This document shows positions 1 through 13,178 of a stretch of 64,000 bases of DNA, in pieces. Position numbers and translations under genes: made by a program. The notes under the pieces were generated by a model. That model had not been told where the DNA came from. It saw nothing but the letters and a program-made list of their open reading frames with translations, and made no database searches. Location of the stretch: NCBI RefSeq assembly GCF_964204645.1, contig NC_134025.1, forward strand, positions 25,276,299 to 25,340,298. Direction: 5' to 3'. The DNA comes from Tubulanus polymorphus. Taxonomy: Eukaryota > Animalia > Nemertea. Within the stretch, counting starts at the first letter, position 1. Every line of letters starts with the position of its first letter.

Positions 1-64
1 TTTTTTCAGCCTAAATTAAAATTTATCCCACATGTTCTTCATAGAATTGAATTCGCCAGCTTAC

Positions 65-1492
65 CTTCTGTAGGCTTAGCATGGGCAACAGATTCCTCAA
101 ATATATTTAGACGAGCTCCTTCAAACAATGTTTTCCTGTAACCAAATTCAAGAAATTACAACAGCGTACCTTAAAATTTATCAACACTCATGAACTTGAT
201 AAGGGGTTAACAACACCTACACCTACACCTACACCTTGACACCTACTTTTGCCCTTTTGATTGTTGTTCCATAATGTTAAACGATTTCTGACTGAGGAAA
301 CTATCTTTACCTGTGAATGAATACGTTTTCAAAGAAATCTACATATATTCACTTTTCACGGTACAATGAATATCATCATAATACGAAATACGGACCAGAT
401 TTTTTTACTTCCTTTTCCACTTTCATTCCGGCAAAAAGTGAACTGAAAATATAGGCCTATAATGTGAGTGTTACATTCAATGTAAATCTTAGAATTTGGA
501 TAACTGTGACGGTTATTAAAAGCTATTGTCCATTGATTATTGATTATACACCTCATGTCTACTGCTTTTTTTTCTTCAGGTTCAGAGTATCTTTGTTTAC
601 GTTGTTCAGTTTTCTTTGAATGAGCTCGCAACTGCTGTAGTAGATCGGATTCAGTTTGTTCTCTGTTTCCGCCCAATTTTTCTGATACAGATTTCACCGA
701 ACGCAGTAATTCAGGAGATACATCTATCAGAATTTCTGGTGACCTATGTAAAGAATTATCATCGTATTCGGAGCTTATAACTTCTGAAGAGTCGAATGCA
801 TTTTCTCCACTTACGATATTCTCAAATCTTCTTTAACCTTTATGCGGTTCTTTGGTTTTGCCAGATCAATTTTAGATCTCTTTTCCTTTTCAGGTTTCTT
901 ATCGTTGTCATCGTTTGATGATGAACAAAATCGGCGTCCGGTATCATTAATGGGAATTAACGCAGTAGCAGCTCTACAAAATGATAAAATAGCAATTACA
1001 CAATACTCATAGGCCTAAGCCTAGTTAGTTACCTAGACGTTGGTGGTAAACTTTTTATAATCGGATGGCTTATACCAACGTTATATATGTGGTTTGTGAA
1101 AATATGCGATCGTGAAACTAAACCACAGACAGGTTACTGACTAGCCTAAGCCTAGCCCTACATGTAGTTGGATAAAAATATGATTTTGTTCACTTGACGT
1201 TTTGACTGGGTCAGCGAGGACATTTTGGTAGGCCAGGGTTGGAAGAAAACGTTTATTTAACAACCTCACTCGACCGGGTCCGAACTCTGGTTTGAGCGGT
1301 GTATTTTTGAAAGAAAGTTAAATTCATTCAGCGGAAATCATGGATGAGATCGACACCCATATGTATAGTAAATTTATCTCTATTCTACCAGAATTAATGT
1401 GTGCGTACTTACCGAGAGCAACATTCAGCATTCGCCGTGAAAACCTGTTTTAATATCGAACTAGTGCGGCGACACAAGAGAAACGTCGCCAT
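65..1492 (-). CDS. MRPS31: 28S mitochondrial ribosomal protein S31 (5' part; gene continues beyond the left edge). Exons approx. 1492-1413, 973-815, 743-552, 442-396, 310-247, 135-65
   Basis: GT-AG joined frame gives MATFLLCRRTSSILKQVF (mitochondrial presequence-like), VSPELLRSVKSVSEKLGGNREQTESDLLQQLRAH, SSLFAGMKV and KTLFEGARLNIFEE. These resemble the MRPS31 blocks SPELVAAASAVA..SELL.QL, ISDMKV and IFTGKRLNIFD. Confidence 0.85.
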
Positions 1493-3009
1493 GACTGTTT
1501 GAGGATCTCGACCGTCAAGTGCTGCCCCCTGGCGTGATATTCTGCAATCCATATCCGACAAATAGGGAAAGCGATAGCGTCGATCGACCTTGACATGTCA
1601 ACATCTTATAGGCCTGTTTTGGTCGATGGCTAGTGACGTCATCAAGATCGCCTTTTTGTTACTCCCACAGCTAAACAACTCACTTTTAACGGTTAACCGC
1701 TGAATTTGAATTTTCTGTCAAGTGTATTCTTGCTGGCTGTTGATTAAAAGATTGTGAATCATGTTTTCCGAACGTGTTAAGCTTGTCTCCGGACCAGTTG
1801 GTGGGAATATTGGTTTGAAAAAAGAGGTAGATTGCAAGATTATAAAAAACTCACTGGGTAACACTGGTGAACGCCGCGAGGATCGTACACGGTGGTGCAG
1901 GCGAGGCGTCGCGACCGCGCGGCGGCAGGGCTTTTTAATTTTGGCTTTTGCCAGTTTTGGAGTCTTGTTATTGCCACCACGGCCACGTTACCACCACACT
2001 CACATTGTCGCTAGGTCTACTGTACTGCCACTACTTTACTTGCTTGCTACTTACTCGGCTAAATTAATTTGTCTTCATCCACGCTTACTTCCCCCCTCCC
2101 CCCCCCCCATGTTAACAAGTAATTTCTGCCAACCGAACCACCAGTCGCAGTAGCCGTAGGCAGTATACTATAGTGCAGTAGTGGGTACCCAGTGGCATGT
2201 GGTTTTGTTTTCATTGTGATCCGATTTCCTAAATAGTTTGTATAGAATATTATTGATCGGGTTTCGAATGAATCCCTGACGTTAGAAATATTTTCATTTC
2301 CCATGGTGAACGTAGAAGCCTATAATGACCGTCACTTAGTCACCTATATATTTACTCGATTATATATAAGGTTAAGAAGCGATGTATATGCACTGGTGTT
2401 TATAGTGCTCTATTTCAGGTTTTTTCTTTCAGGAAAATATATTTTGTGAATAGATTACCGCTTGATTTTTTATGTTACAGGTTACTGCAAAATCATCAGT
2501 TATTGTGATGCGTGCCGATGTCTCTGGATGATTCTGACCATGTCTAGAACTTCAACATCCTTGACTTATCATCAATTGGCAGCAGTATACATACATGCAT
2601 GTTCAGAGAGTGTATGAAGAGAGTGTATGGACACATCAACCTCGGTTCAAGGCTGTCCCTGATTAAATTGTATAATCCATATATAATATATATAGATTGG
2701 TCCCATTTTAACTTACTCAACTGCTTGAATGTCTTGTTTGTTATTCGTAAATTTTCACTTATTCATTGATTGTTTCTGTAGAATTTTATATGTGATATAT
2801 AAACGTGGAAACCAGGGCCCATTGCACTATGAAAGACACTTGACATTTTTTTGGGACAGATCTTTCTATATGTTTATGTCCTCGAGGCATCTGAAGTTAA
2901 GAAAATTCCCTTTGAAAACTGGAAATGACATAATGAAATAAGTTGTGGAATGTTTACAAATGACAAAATGAATGAATTTTGCATTCCTAAGGCCCTATAT
3001 ATTTACTGC

Positions 3010-3870
3010 AGTTAGTCCTGTATGTCTTTTTTATCGCAATTTACTGTGGTTTATTCCTGTTTGTCCTGTATGTCTTTGTGATCGCGATCGCAATTCATTG
3101 GTTGCATTGTTTACTGTTAGTCCTGTATGTCTATCGCAATTAAGTTAGTCCTGTATGTCCTGTATGTCTTAGTTAATCGCAATTCATTGGTTGTTGAATT
3201 GTCTACTGTTAGTCCTGTATGTCCTGTGGTTTAGTCCTGTATGTCTTAGTTAATCGCAATTCGTTGGTTGAATTGTCTACTGTTAATCCTGTATGTCCTG
3301 TATGTCTATCGCAATTAAGTTAGTCCTGTATTTCTTAAATAATCGCAATTCATTGGTTAATGAATTGTCTACTGTTAGTCCTGTATGTCCTGTGGTTTTG
3401 TCCTGTATGTCTTTGTGATCGCGATCGCAATTCATTGGTTGCATTGTTTACTGTTAGTCCTGTATGTCTATCGCAATTAAGTTAGTCCTGTATGTCCTGT
3501 ATGTCTTAGTTAATCGCAATTCATTGGTTGTTGAATTGTCTACTGTTAGTCCTGTATGTCCTGTGGTTTAGTCCTGTATGTCTTAGTTAATCGCAATTCG
3601 TTGGTTGAATTGTCTACTGTTAATCCTGTATGTCCTGTATGTCTATCGCAATTAAGTTAGTCCTGTTTGTCCTGTATGTCTTAGCTACGAGCAATTATCA
3701 AACTTGATAATTGCTCGTAGGTCTTAGTTAATCGCAATTCATTGGTTGCATGGTTTACTGTTAAAGCTGTATGTTCTGTATCTCTATCGCAATTTCATTG
3801 GTTGCATTGTTTACTGTTAAAGCTGTATGTTCTGTATCTCTATCGCAATTTCATTGGTTGAATTGTTAAC
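3010..3870. repeat. Complex satellite/minisatellite built from gtcctgtat, atcgcaatt and cattggttg modules, with a ~337-bp higher-order duplication
   Basis: gtctttgtgatcgcgatcgcaattcattgg occurs at 3072 and 3409, and gtcctgtatgtc units recur throughout. Confidence 0.9.
3685..3720. repeat. 36-bp palindrome (17-bp perfect arms, 2-nt spacer) flanked by a 7-bp direct repeat; probable transposon footprint
   Basis: ctacgagcaattatcaa-ac-ttgataattgctcgtag, with gtcttag at 3678-3684 and again at 3721-3727. Confidence 0.8.
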
Positions 3871-4017
3871 AGTCCTCTGTATGTACATGTAAAAATAATT
3901 AAGGTTCTGACAACAGGTTTGTAAAGTAATCAGCTATCTGTTTTGTCTATCGTTGCTTAAATTGTTAACTGTTGTTTTAGAGTTCTGTATGTCTTTGTCG
4001 ATCATTTTGTCTGCACT

Positions 4018-4261
4018 CAGGGGCGGATCCAGCATTTTGAAGGGGGGGGGGGGGCAAATGAAAGCAACAACAGATGGCTGTAAGCCATTCCAGAGCAAGC
4101 ACCGATAACGCGAAGACCCTTCCTAAAAATTTTTTGGAAAAATAGATGCAAGCAGGTGCATTCTGAGCATTACTTAATAGAAAGATTTCATTCGGTTTTT
4201 ACTCAGTAACGCATAGATTTGCGGCTACATCGGTAAAAATAGAGGGGTGGATCCGCCACTG
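4018..4261. mobile_element. MITE with CAG(G/T)GGCGGATCCA termini
   Basis: caggggcggatcca (4018) vs tggatccgccactg (4248-4261), 13/14 inverted match. Related degenerate copies lie near 44408-44650 and 55620-55882. Confidence 0.7.
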
Positions 4262-5011
4262 AATAGCTATTGTTTTGTGTAGGATTGTATCTGTGAATTA
4301 AGTAAAGTTACTTACTCCAGTCTGATGTTATTGCTTATTGCTCGTATTTTATTGTTTTAAGTGTGCGAATACTTTTCTTAGATTTATGGAGATCAGGATG
4401 ACGAGGGTTCGATTTGAACCAACAAATAAACAAAAACATTCAAACCTCAAATTAATCCGTTTACTTGTCTTTATTTTTGGGGAACATTTTTTTACCTAGT
4501 TCAGATTTGATAACACAGTAGTCGCTTGTTCCAAAGCGATGTGCCGTTGAAGACAGACCTGAAGGTCTTTGCCGACAGCGATGCTATCTAGGATTTCAAA
4601 GGATGTGAAGAAGGTGCATCTTCGACAACCATAGTTTGCAGTTTTAACAATTTAAAACAATAATAGTTTCATTAAACAACTTAAAATTTAAAGATTTAGT
4701 GGACTTACTGTTTAACTAGGGCAGGGATTTCTCGCAACCGTACATGATATATACATACACTAGCAGTAAATACAATGTACTTCTAACCCTTATAAAACTT
4801 AAACTATTATTAGTTATTTTACAATTATTAAACGGCAACGTTGAAATGCGATGTGCGCTCAGAGCGGCCGTAGTGATTTTGGCGTATTGTGGGATTCGAA
4901 CCGCTCGGAATTTGTACTAGTGACGTCACTCGCCATCGACCAAAACAGGCTTTCAACCTTTTGCCGTTTACACGAGATTTCGGCGGGTGCAGCGGACCGT
5001 AACGTAACAGG

Positions 5012-7505
5012 ATGGCTAAATTGTTCTTGCAGAGCAGTTGCTGCGCGTGGTTAAAGTTGTTCTTAGGCGTTTATCTCATTTGCTTGTCGCTGGTTATAGA
5101 TAGCAATTCAATTAGCAACAACGATGGCGATGCATTCATTCCAAAAAAAGAAAACGCCCTGGGTCGGGCTGACAAAATCATCAACGATGACATTATGACG
5201 CAGTGCCGCGCTTACATGACAGCTTACGGGAAAGCAGCTGCTAATCTCGTCGAGTGTTTGCTATCACATGCGAGACCGCTGACACTGTGCGAAAATTGTA
5301 AAATGCAGTATGACGCAGCGGCTGAACTTTTCGAAAATATTACGGACGTACGTAATAAATGTTTGAAACATAGGGCACCACAGGGACTTGATGTTGAATG
5401 AATGACCAATCCCAGTATCCCTGTAATGTAAAAAAAAGCTTTTCTTTATATACAGGGATACCAGGGGCAGTTCCAGGCTGAGTGCAGCACCTTCTGAAAA
5501 GGGAACTTTAGTCATGGCTGTTGTCCCAATGGTCGGATGTGCCTGAGGGGGAATTGGGGTCCTCTCCCAAAAAAATTTGGCACATTTTGATATAATCATT
5601 GGACCCATACATTCTTAATTGTGATAAGTCCCTGTGTCAGATTATCTAGATTTGTTATATCAGTACTTAATTTTCAAGGGGTTTTATGGGGAATAAGCAT
5701 TCTGTCATTGCTTTCATTTTCTATAATATAGGTAGTTGGTGATGAATACGTGAACTGCCATGATAGCCTTCTTCGTTCAGATATTGTACATGTAGTCGGA
5801 CAAACGCATGATTTTGTTGAACGGATCTGGAAAGAGTCAGCTTGTAGCAGTAAGTTTAAGAATACCACACAATGTTGAGCTTTCTTATCTTTGAACAATA
5901 TGACAAAATAGCGGTAATGTTTTATGAATTTCAGACTGTTTCAATGAAAGTAATCCGAAGTATGAGTTGACTGATGATTTCACTCATTTTAAGATGCTGG
6001 TCAATGAAACGGATGAATGTATGAAACGATATATGTCGTCTGACACTGCCCTGGTAATTACATTCATCGTTGTTAATGTAAAGAAAATACAGTGTAATAT
6101 CTATTTTAACTTTGCTATTTTAACTTTATAACGAGCCGGACACCAATAGGCCACAACCAGGCCTCCTTCCGTCCGTGAATTTGATGATGATGATGATGAT
6201 GAACATCAGGGTCCAGTTCCACAGTTATAAGTTAAGATTTGACTCTTGAGTTAACCCATTGAAAATGAACCAACTTTAACTCAGAGTTAACTCTAACTCA
6301 CAACTGTGGTGGCTTAGTTCAGCCAGTTTTAGTAGTACATAGCCTACCTGATGCAGGTCTTGATATGACCAGATTGGACCGGCAGTTGAATAAAAACATA
6401 GAGTTCTCATACATTTTACACTGTATTGAAGGATTTCCAAAAAGTTTTCAGTGAAAGGGTTTGCATTATAGAAGAGACACCATTTTCTTGAACATATAAA
6501 GTTTGACGATATGTCTCCATCATGGGATGGAAACACAACATTCAAATCATGGTGTCACTTTTCTTTGGTCAACCCATTCAAACTTAATTAGTAAACCTTC
6601 AATACAGTGTTAAAAGGATTAAAAAACATTGTTTTAGTTCAACTGCTCATCTATTCTGGTCATTCAACAATGTGTATAAGGTATGTACCATCAAAACTGG
6701 ACTGAGCTAGGCCACCTAGTGTCCTCTCAAACAAAGTTGACATCAGTAATATACATGTATATTGAAACAAATGACATTAGGTTTTGGTTTGGTTTTGAAT
6801 TGTATATGTATTTTCTAGTTGGCCCATGAATATGAACTCGATAGAAAGAATGGAAAATACAACCACTCAGCGTGTGATATCTGTCGGAAACCTTATAATG
6901 AACTGAATAAATTTTACGAGGAACTTGAACAGAAGTTTAAGAAAGCAGTATGCATGGATATGGTCGACACAGTAGGTTTTATCCATCAATAATTGTATAA
7001 TCATTTCACTAGGTAGTTACTTATCATTCAATTATCATTTATATTTCAGATGAATTATACAAGATACACTTGGAGCGCTGATTTTCAGTGCACAGTCAAA
7101 AAGAAAGATATGGCTTCGATTATCAGTTTAACTGGATTCTTCTGTCTATTACCTATTGCATTTTATGTCGGGACCAAGCTACACGGTTCCAGACAGCAGA
7201 AACAGATATTAAAACGTGAGTTGATAAGTCGTACTTGTAGTTAGTATTAACTGGTAATTCATTTCTGTTTGTATTGTATATATTAGAATCTTTATTTCAT
7301 TCTCTTAGAAAAACGACTTCAGCGTCGAGGATCTTGTAATTACGGCGCGGCATCGTCCATCCTGGCGGATGAAAACAATCAAGACAATTTTTCACAGCCT
7401 ACGGGACAAGAAGACGATGATCAAGGTGGCGCTAATGGAAGTCAAGAATCAGAACAAAACAAAGTTGTTCAAAACTCACAGAATGAAATAAAAGAGCATT
7501 CATGA
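5012..7505 (+). CDS. OSTM1: Osteopetrosis-associated transmembrane protein 1 (ClC-7 beta subunit). Exons approx. 5012-5347, 5732-5848, 5936-6053, 6820-6971, 7030-7216, 7309-7505
   Basis: Signal peptide; Cys-rich lumenal domain with ARPLTLCENC, SLLRSDIVHVV and CMDMVDTMNYTRYTWSADFQC (cf. OSTM1 CIDVEDAMNITRKLWS..FNC); one TM segment IISLTGFFCLLPIAFYVG; basic cytosolic tail; stop TGA at 7503-7505. Confidence 0.9.
6366..6663. mobile_element. MITE with ~70-bp imperfect TIRs in an OSTM1 intron
   Basis: atgaccaga..gcagttgaa..acactgtattgaagg (6366-6435) is mirrored by ccttcaatacagtgt..ttcaactgc..tctggtcat (6596-6663). Confidence 0.7.
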
Positions 7506-7972
7506 CTGCAATCAATATGTAGTTTCTAACCTACCTGTGATCACATTGAAAGTCCTGGGCTTATTTTGAACCAACTGCTACTGAGGGTTGTATGAAATTT
7601 CTTCAAATATTTGAAATGATTAATTATTGCTTATTCAAGTGTACTACTGTATGTATATATTAGTATCATTTTAATCTAAGTCATTGATTTATTTATACAA
7701 GTTTGAATGTAAAATGTGTAGGCATTTAAATAAACGTTTTACAATAAAAACCCAAAATTACACAAATTGATGTTGGTTTTTGTTTCATGAACTGAAATAA
7801 GCAGTGTCAACTGTTAACCTTCTATATTTAGTAAACCGTAACAGCCCTTCGATTATCATTCCTATACGGTTTATGCATTCATTTATGAATAATCCCTCAA
7901 GCCAGACTGTAGATTATTTTCATCATAAAATCAGAGTTGCCCAAACAGTACTGGAGCTACCACGAATAAATG

Positions 7973-8090
7973 TAGTGGAACCTTGTTACAACGAACTTAA
8001 AATTAATCAAATAGTCTTGGGAGGAAATCCTTTTATTTGTTATATCCGATGAATCGGTGTATCGGAGTTCGCTATGACAAGGTTGCACTG
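7973..8090. mobile_element. Short pogo/Tigger-type MITE (CAGTGGAACCTCGTTACAACGAAC family)
   Basis: tagtggaaccttgttacaacgaac ... gttcgctatgacaaggttgcactg; same TIR family as 54776-54953 and 63869. Confidence 0.65.
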
Positions 8091-8626
8091 AATTTTCTCC
8101 AGCCAAGATTCATTCCAACATAAATCCAGTCAAAAATAAAAGAATAAACACATTATCTAAATTAAAGAATGCATCATTAGATTTTATTTACAGAAATTAA
8201 CAGTTTGTTCCATTTCATTTGCTGCACATGATATTACAATATTATTCCTTTAACAAGTGTATTTACATACAATGAGAATGCTACTGTTGCACACACATGA
8301 TAAGACAGATATATTAAACATTGATTAAAATAACATCTATGTACGGTACATCTTATTTATTCAAAATTCAGGACTACTTCAAGGTCAATAAATATATTCC
8401 TGCAACTAACTGGAAATGAAGATAACCGTATGTTGCGAATGATTGTGTCGTGAAGATCCAAGTCTCTTTATTCAAGTAACGCCCAGAGTCGAACATCTCT
8501 GAAGCTACTACAGGTATCTGTTTCCATAGTAAACCGACTTCCTTATCCTTCAAATGTAATGATAGCATAAAAGAATATTGAAACACAACACATACGTATG
8601 ACACTACACGATCGCATTGAAATAGA

Positions 8627-10045
<1,419 letters not shown>

Positions 10046-10149
10046 CTTGGCGCTTTACTGCAGTTTCGCGTTTCTAGCGTCAGAGGGCGCGAAATTCAAA
10101 ATGTCAGCGCCCATAAGCTTCCGTATTAAACACTGTTGAACTACAAAAA
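10046..10149. promoter_or_regulatory. Compact bidirectional promoter MEAF6/TRMT2B
   Basis: Divergent ATGs at 10045 and 10150; CpG-richer patch with a CTCF-like motif at 10076-10092. Confidence 0.65.
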
Positions 10150-13100
10150 ATGTCGAAATTAACGGTGTTTAATACAATACGGGTGCTATTTACATATTTC
10201 CGCGGGTGAATAAGTTAGATTCGAATTCTTTTTAATGATCTCTGGAATTTTACATCCAATTGATTAATTTAAAATCTCTTTTTTCTCATGTTTACTAACG
10301 TTAGTACATGATCAACTTCAATTTAAATTGAAATTATTGAACATTATTCCGATGCATGATCCCATCTGTGATTGATAGTTTAAGTGATGATGAAATAATT
10401 TGAAGGATGTTTTCCCTAGTCTTTAATATTCTGGAAGACTTCTAACCATTATAGAGAAAATCAAGATTTTTAGGCATACATTGTCATTGTAGGCTACTTT
10501 GTAGTAACTAATTAAAGCTTAGTCGGCATACACAGATGTGTTTATTTGGAAATATGATTGGATAATTTGTTTTGTATCTAGATCTCGTAATCGAAGACAT
10601 TTCTGCCTGGATTCATCATCAACAACAGTTGAAAATAATAGCGCAAAAAATGAAGATAATGACTACCACAGATTTTGGTATCTCAGTCGTAGAAAGAAAA
10701 TGAAAAAGCGCCACCCTCCAATAACAGAAGATAACCAGTATGAATTGTAAGCTATTACCTGTTTAAAAATATCTTAGAAGAACTGAACAAAATGAATGAT
10801 AAAGAATTATTACTCTGTATCTAATTTCATAGAACCAATGATTGTTTTGATTACAGGATAGAAAAAGCAGTGACTCCTTTGATTGATGTTCCATATGAAA
10901 GACAACTTCAGGCAATATCAATAACTTATCCTTAATTCTACCTGTACCACTGAAGAAATATATTTTGCTTTACATAAGAGTGTAATTGTCTTGCAGAAGA
11001 AGGCAAGGCTTTGTGGAAAGGTGCTTTGTAAAATCAACAATGTGATTCAGAACTCGCATCCAGAAAATCCTGATTTAAAAGAAATATTTGCCAAAAATTC
11101 AGTCATAAGTGATGGCAAGTATGAATACATCTGTCCATTTGAGACATTCAAACCATCGGTAAGAACTTTGCTTTAAGAGCCATTCATCAACCAAATTTAA
11201 CAAATCGAAATTACATTTAATTTTAATCGTATCTTTGAATATTTTCGGTGGAAGCCAAAAATTTATGAATATCGAAATAAAGATGAATTCAGTATTGGGC
11301 CAGACTATAAGGGAAAACTGATTGCTGGGCATTTTGTTGGTAGCGGACGAGGTAAGAGAAAACAGTTCATCCTTAAGTTCACTTGTTTCCTGTGTTTTTG
11401 TGATGATAAAGAAACTACATTCATGTATATAATTTTGCGAAGGTCATCATATAACCTGCGTTGAAATGAAGAATTTGAAAGTATGTAAAAGCAGTCATAA
11501 ATTATTTTCAAATGTAGGTATCGAATGTCAGATGATTCTTGCTAGGTAAAATAAAATTGATGGTAATTTTTTATGTTTTCATCTTTTTGAACTTCAGCAT
11601 CTGAATAACTTTTTACAAAACCACAGCAAGTTCGCTCCATGTTACATGTTTTATGATGGTGGACATTGGCATCGCGCCTCAGCCAGAACTAATAGAAATG
11701 ATGAACTTTTAGTTTCCTTTCGATTTCATCCTCAAAATCTTTCAGAGGTAATGTTGTTCACTTGCAAGAAGGACAGTCATTTCATCTTTATCATCTTGAA
11801 TTTTCAACATTATTTCATCTTTTTAGATAGATGTAAAAAATGCATCAAACGAAGTCAAGAAGTATTTCGTCGATGGTCCTGGTAAAGAGTGTAACATAGC
11901 GTCCCTAAATTTCCAAGTGAGGTACTGATTAGAACACAATAAATGATAAAGAGTTATTACAGACTATTCTGCTAAATTCTATATATTTCATTACAGTACA
12001 AAAGTACGGGAAACACATGAAGAGTCTCCGTTCTGGTTGCTCAATGGTGAACCAACTATCACAGAAACTTTACACGATTGTAAATTTCGAATATCTCCTG
12101 ATGCCTTCTTTCAAATCAACACTGAAGCTGCTGAGGTGTTGTATGAAAGAGTCAGAGATTATTGTCAACTAGGACCGAATACAACTGTATTAGATGTATG
12201 CTGTGGAACAGGTAAGACCTAATTGTATCATATGAGTTATACTTTGTATTTGACACTGCATTCTGCGCTGACATTGCCTGTAGGGCAGTTTTGATTTCTT
12301 CAACTATCTCCGCTTAAAGCAGACTTAGATTCGTTAATATTTCTGAGATATACTTTGCTAACTATTCCTTATGGGTAATTCTTGACCTGTCTTAAATTTG
12401 TAGGTACTATTGGTTTATTGATGGCTAAACATTGCAAACAAGTTTATGGTGCTGATATTGTTGGCCAAGCAGTTGAAAATGCGAAAGTGAATGCAAAGAT
12501 TAATGGTATGTGGCCTTGTGATTATTGTTACTGTTAGAAATATTATGCAAAGGAGCTCTGGACACTATTTACAAATTTAAATCGTGGTATTTCCTTAACG
12601 TTTGTAGGGGTAACCAATGCTGAATACTATCATGGTGAAGCGAAGTACTTCTTACGAGATCTTTTACGGCAACATGTAATTAAACCCGGTGATGATGTCG
12701 TGGCTGTTTTAAACCCAGCGCGAGCTGGATTAAGTAAGTAGATGTACAAAGGATCACATTCTATCATCACATAATGAAGCAAAGCCTATTTGAAATATGA
12801 AATTCATCTGATTCATGAGAAATTGTTTTTTAGCTATGGATGTCATGGAAAGTTTGAGGAAGTGTGATGCTATCCGACGTATTGTTTATGTGTGCTGTAA
12901 ACCTCATGGCAATGCTTTTCTTAATTTCGTAAGGTAAGAAACTCACCCCGAATGATTCAAATTCATGCTCACATTAATATTCATCATTAAACACTTACGC
13001 AATAGGAGCTATTTCTACCTATTTTTAATAGTACAGTGCGTCTTATCCTTTCAGTTTATGTCACCCAGGAAAGAAGAGGCTTCCTGGTACACCCTTCATT

Positions 13101-13178
13101 CCGAAGAGATCTTGTGGAGTAGATTTGTTTCCTCACACTCAACACTATGAAATTATTATCGATTTTGAGAGATTATGA
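10150..13178 (+). CDS. TRMT2B: tRNA (uracil-5-)-methyltransferase, TRMT2B-like (probably mitochondrial)
   Basis: Multi-exon frame: presequence-like [71 protein letters not shown] motif [22 protein letters not shown] (TRMT2B-type; TRMT2A has DPPRAGL), YVCCKPHG (catalytic Cys), [11 protein letters not shown]. Confidence 0.88.

Larger units (their letters stand above)
1612..4950. mobile_element. Non-autonomous DNA transposon, ~3.3 kb, with 30-bp terminal inverted repeats (superfamily unresolved, possibly PIF/Harbinger-like)
   Basis: 1612-1641 gcctgttttggtcgatggctagtgacgtca matches the reverse complement of 4921-4950 at 29/30. No transposase ORF inside. No clear TSD. Confidence 0.75.

Noticed and set aside
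356-697. Apparent frameshift or premature stops in MRPS31
   Set aside because: Resolved by short GT-AG introns (about 814-744, 551-443, 395-311) that keep the frame.
1761-2941. ORFs inside the 3.3-kb TIR element as a transposase
   Set aside because: Short, low-complexity translations with no DDE, THAP or Myb-like motifs.
3010-3870. CRISPR-like repeat array
   Set aside because: There are no unique spacers and the units are degenerate and contiguous. The context is eukaryotic with no cas genes, so this is a satellite.
4551-4575. Small palindrome agacctgaaggtct as a second transposon footprint
   Set aside because: The arms are only ~5 bp and there is no flanking duplication.
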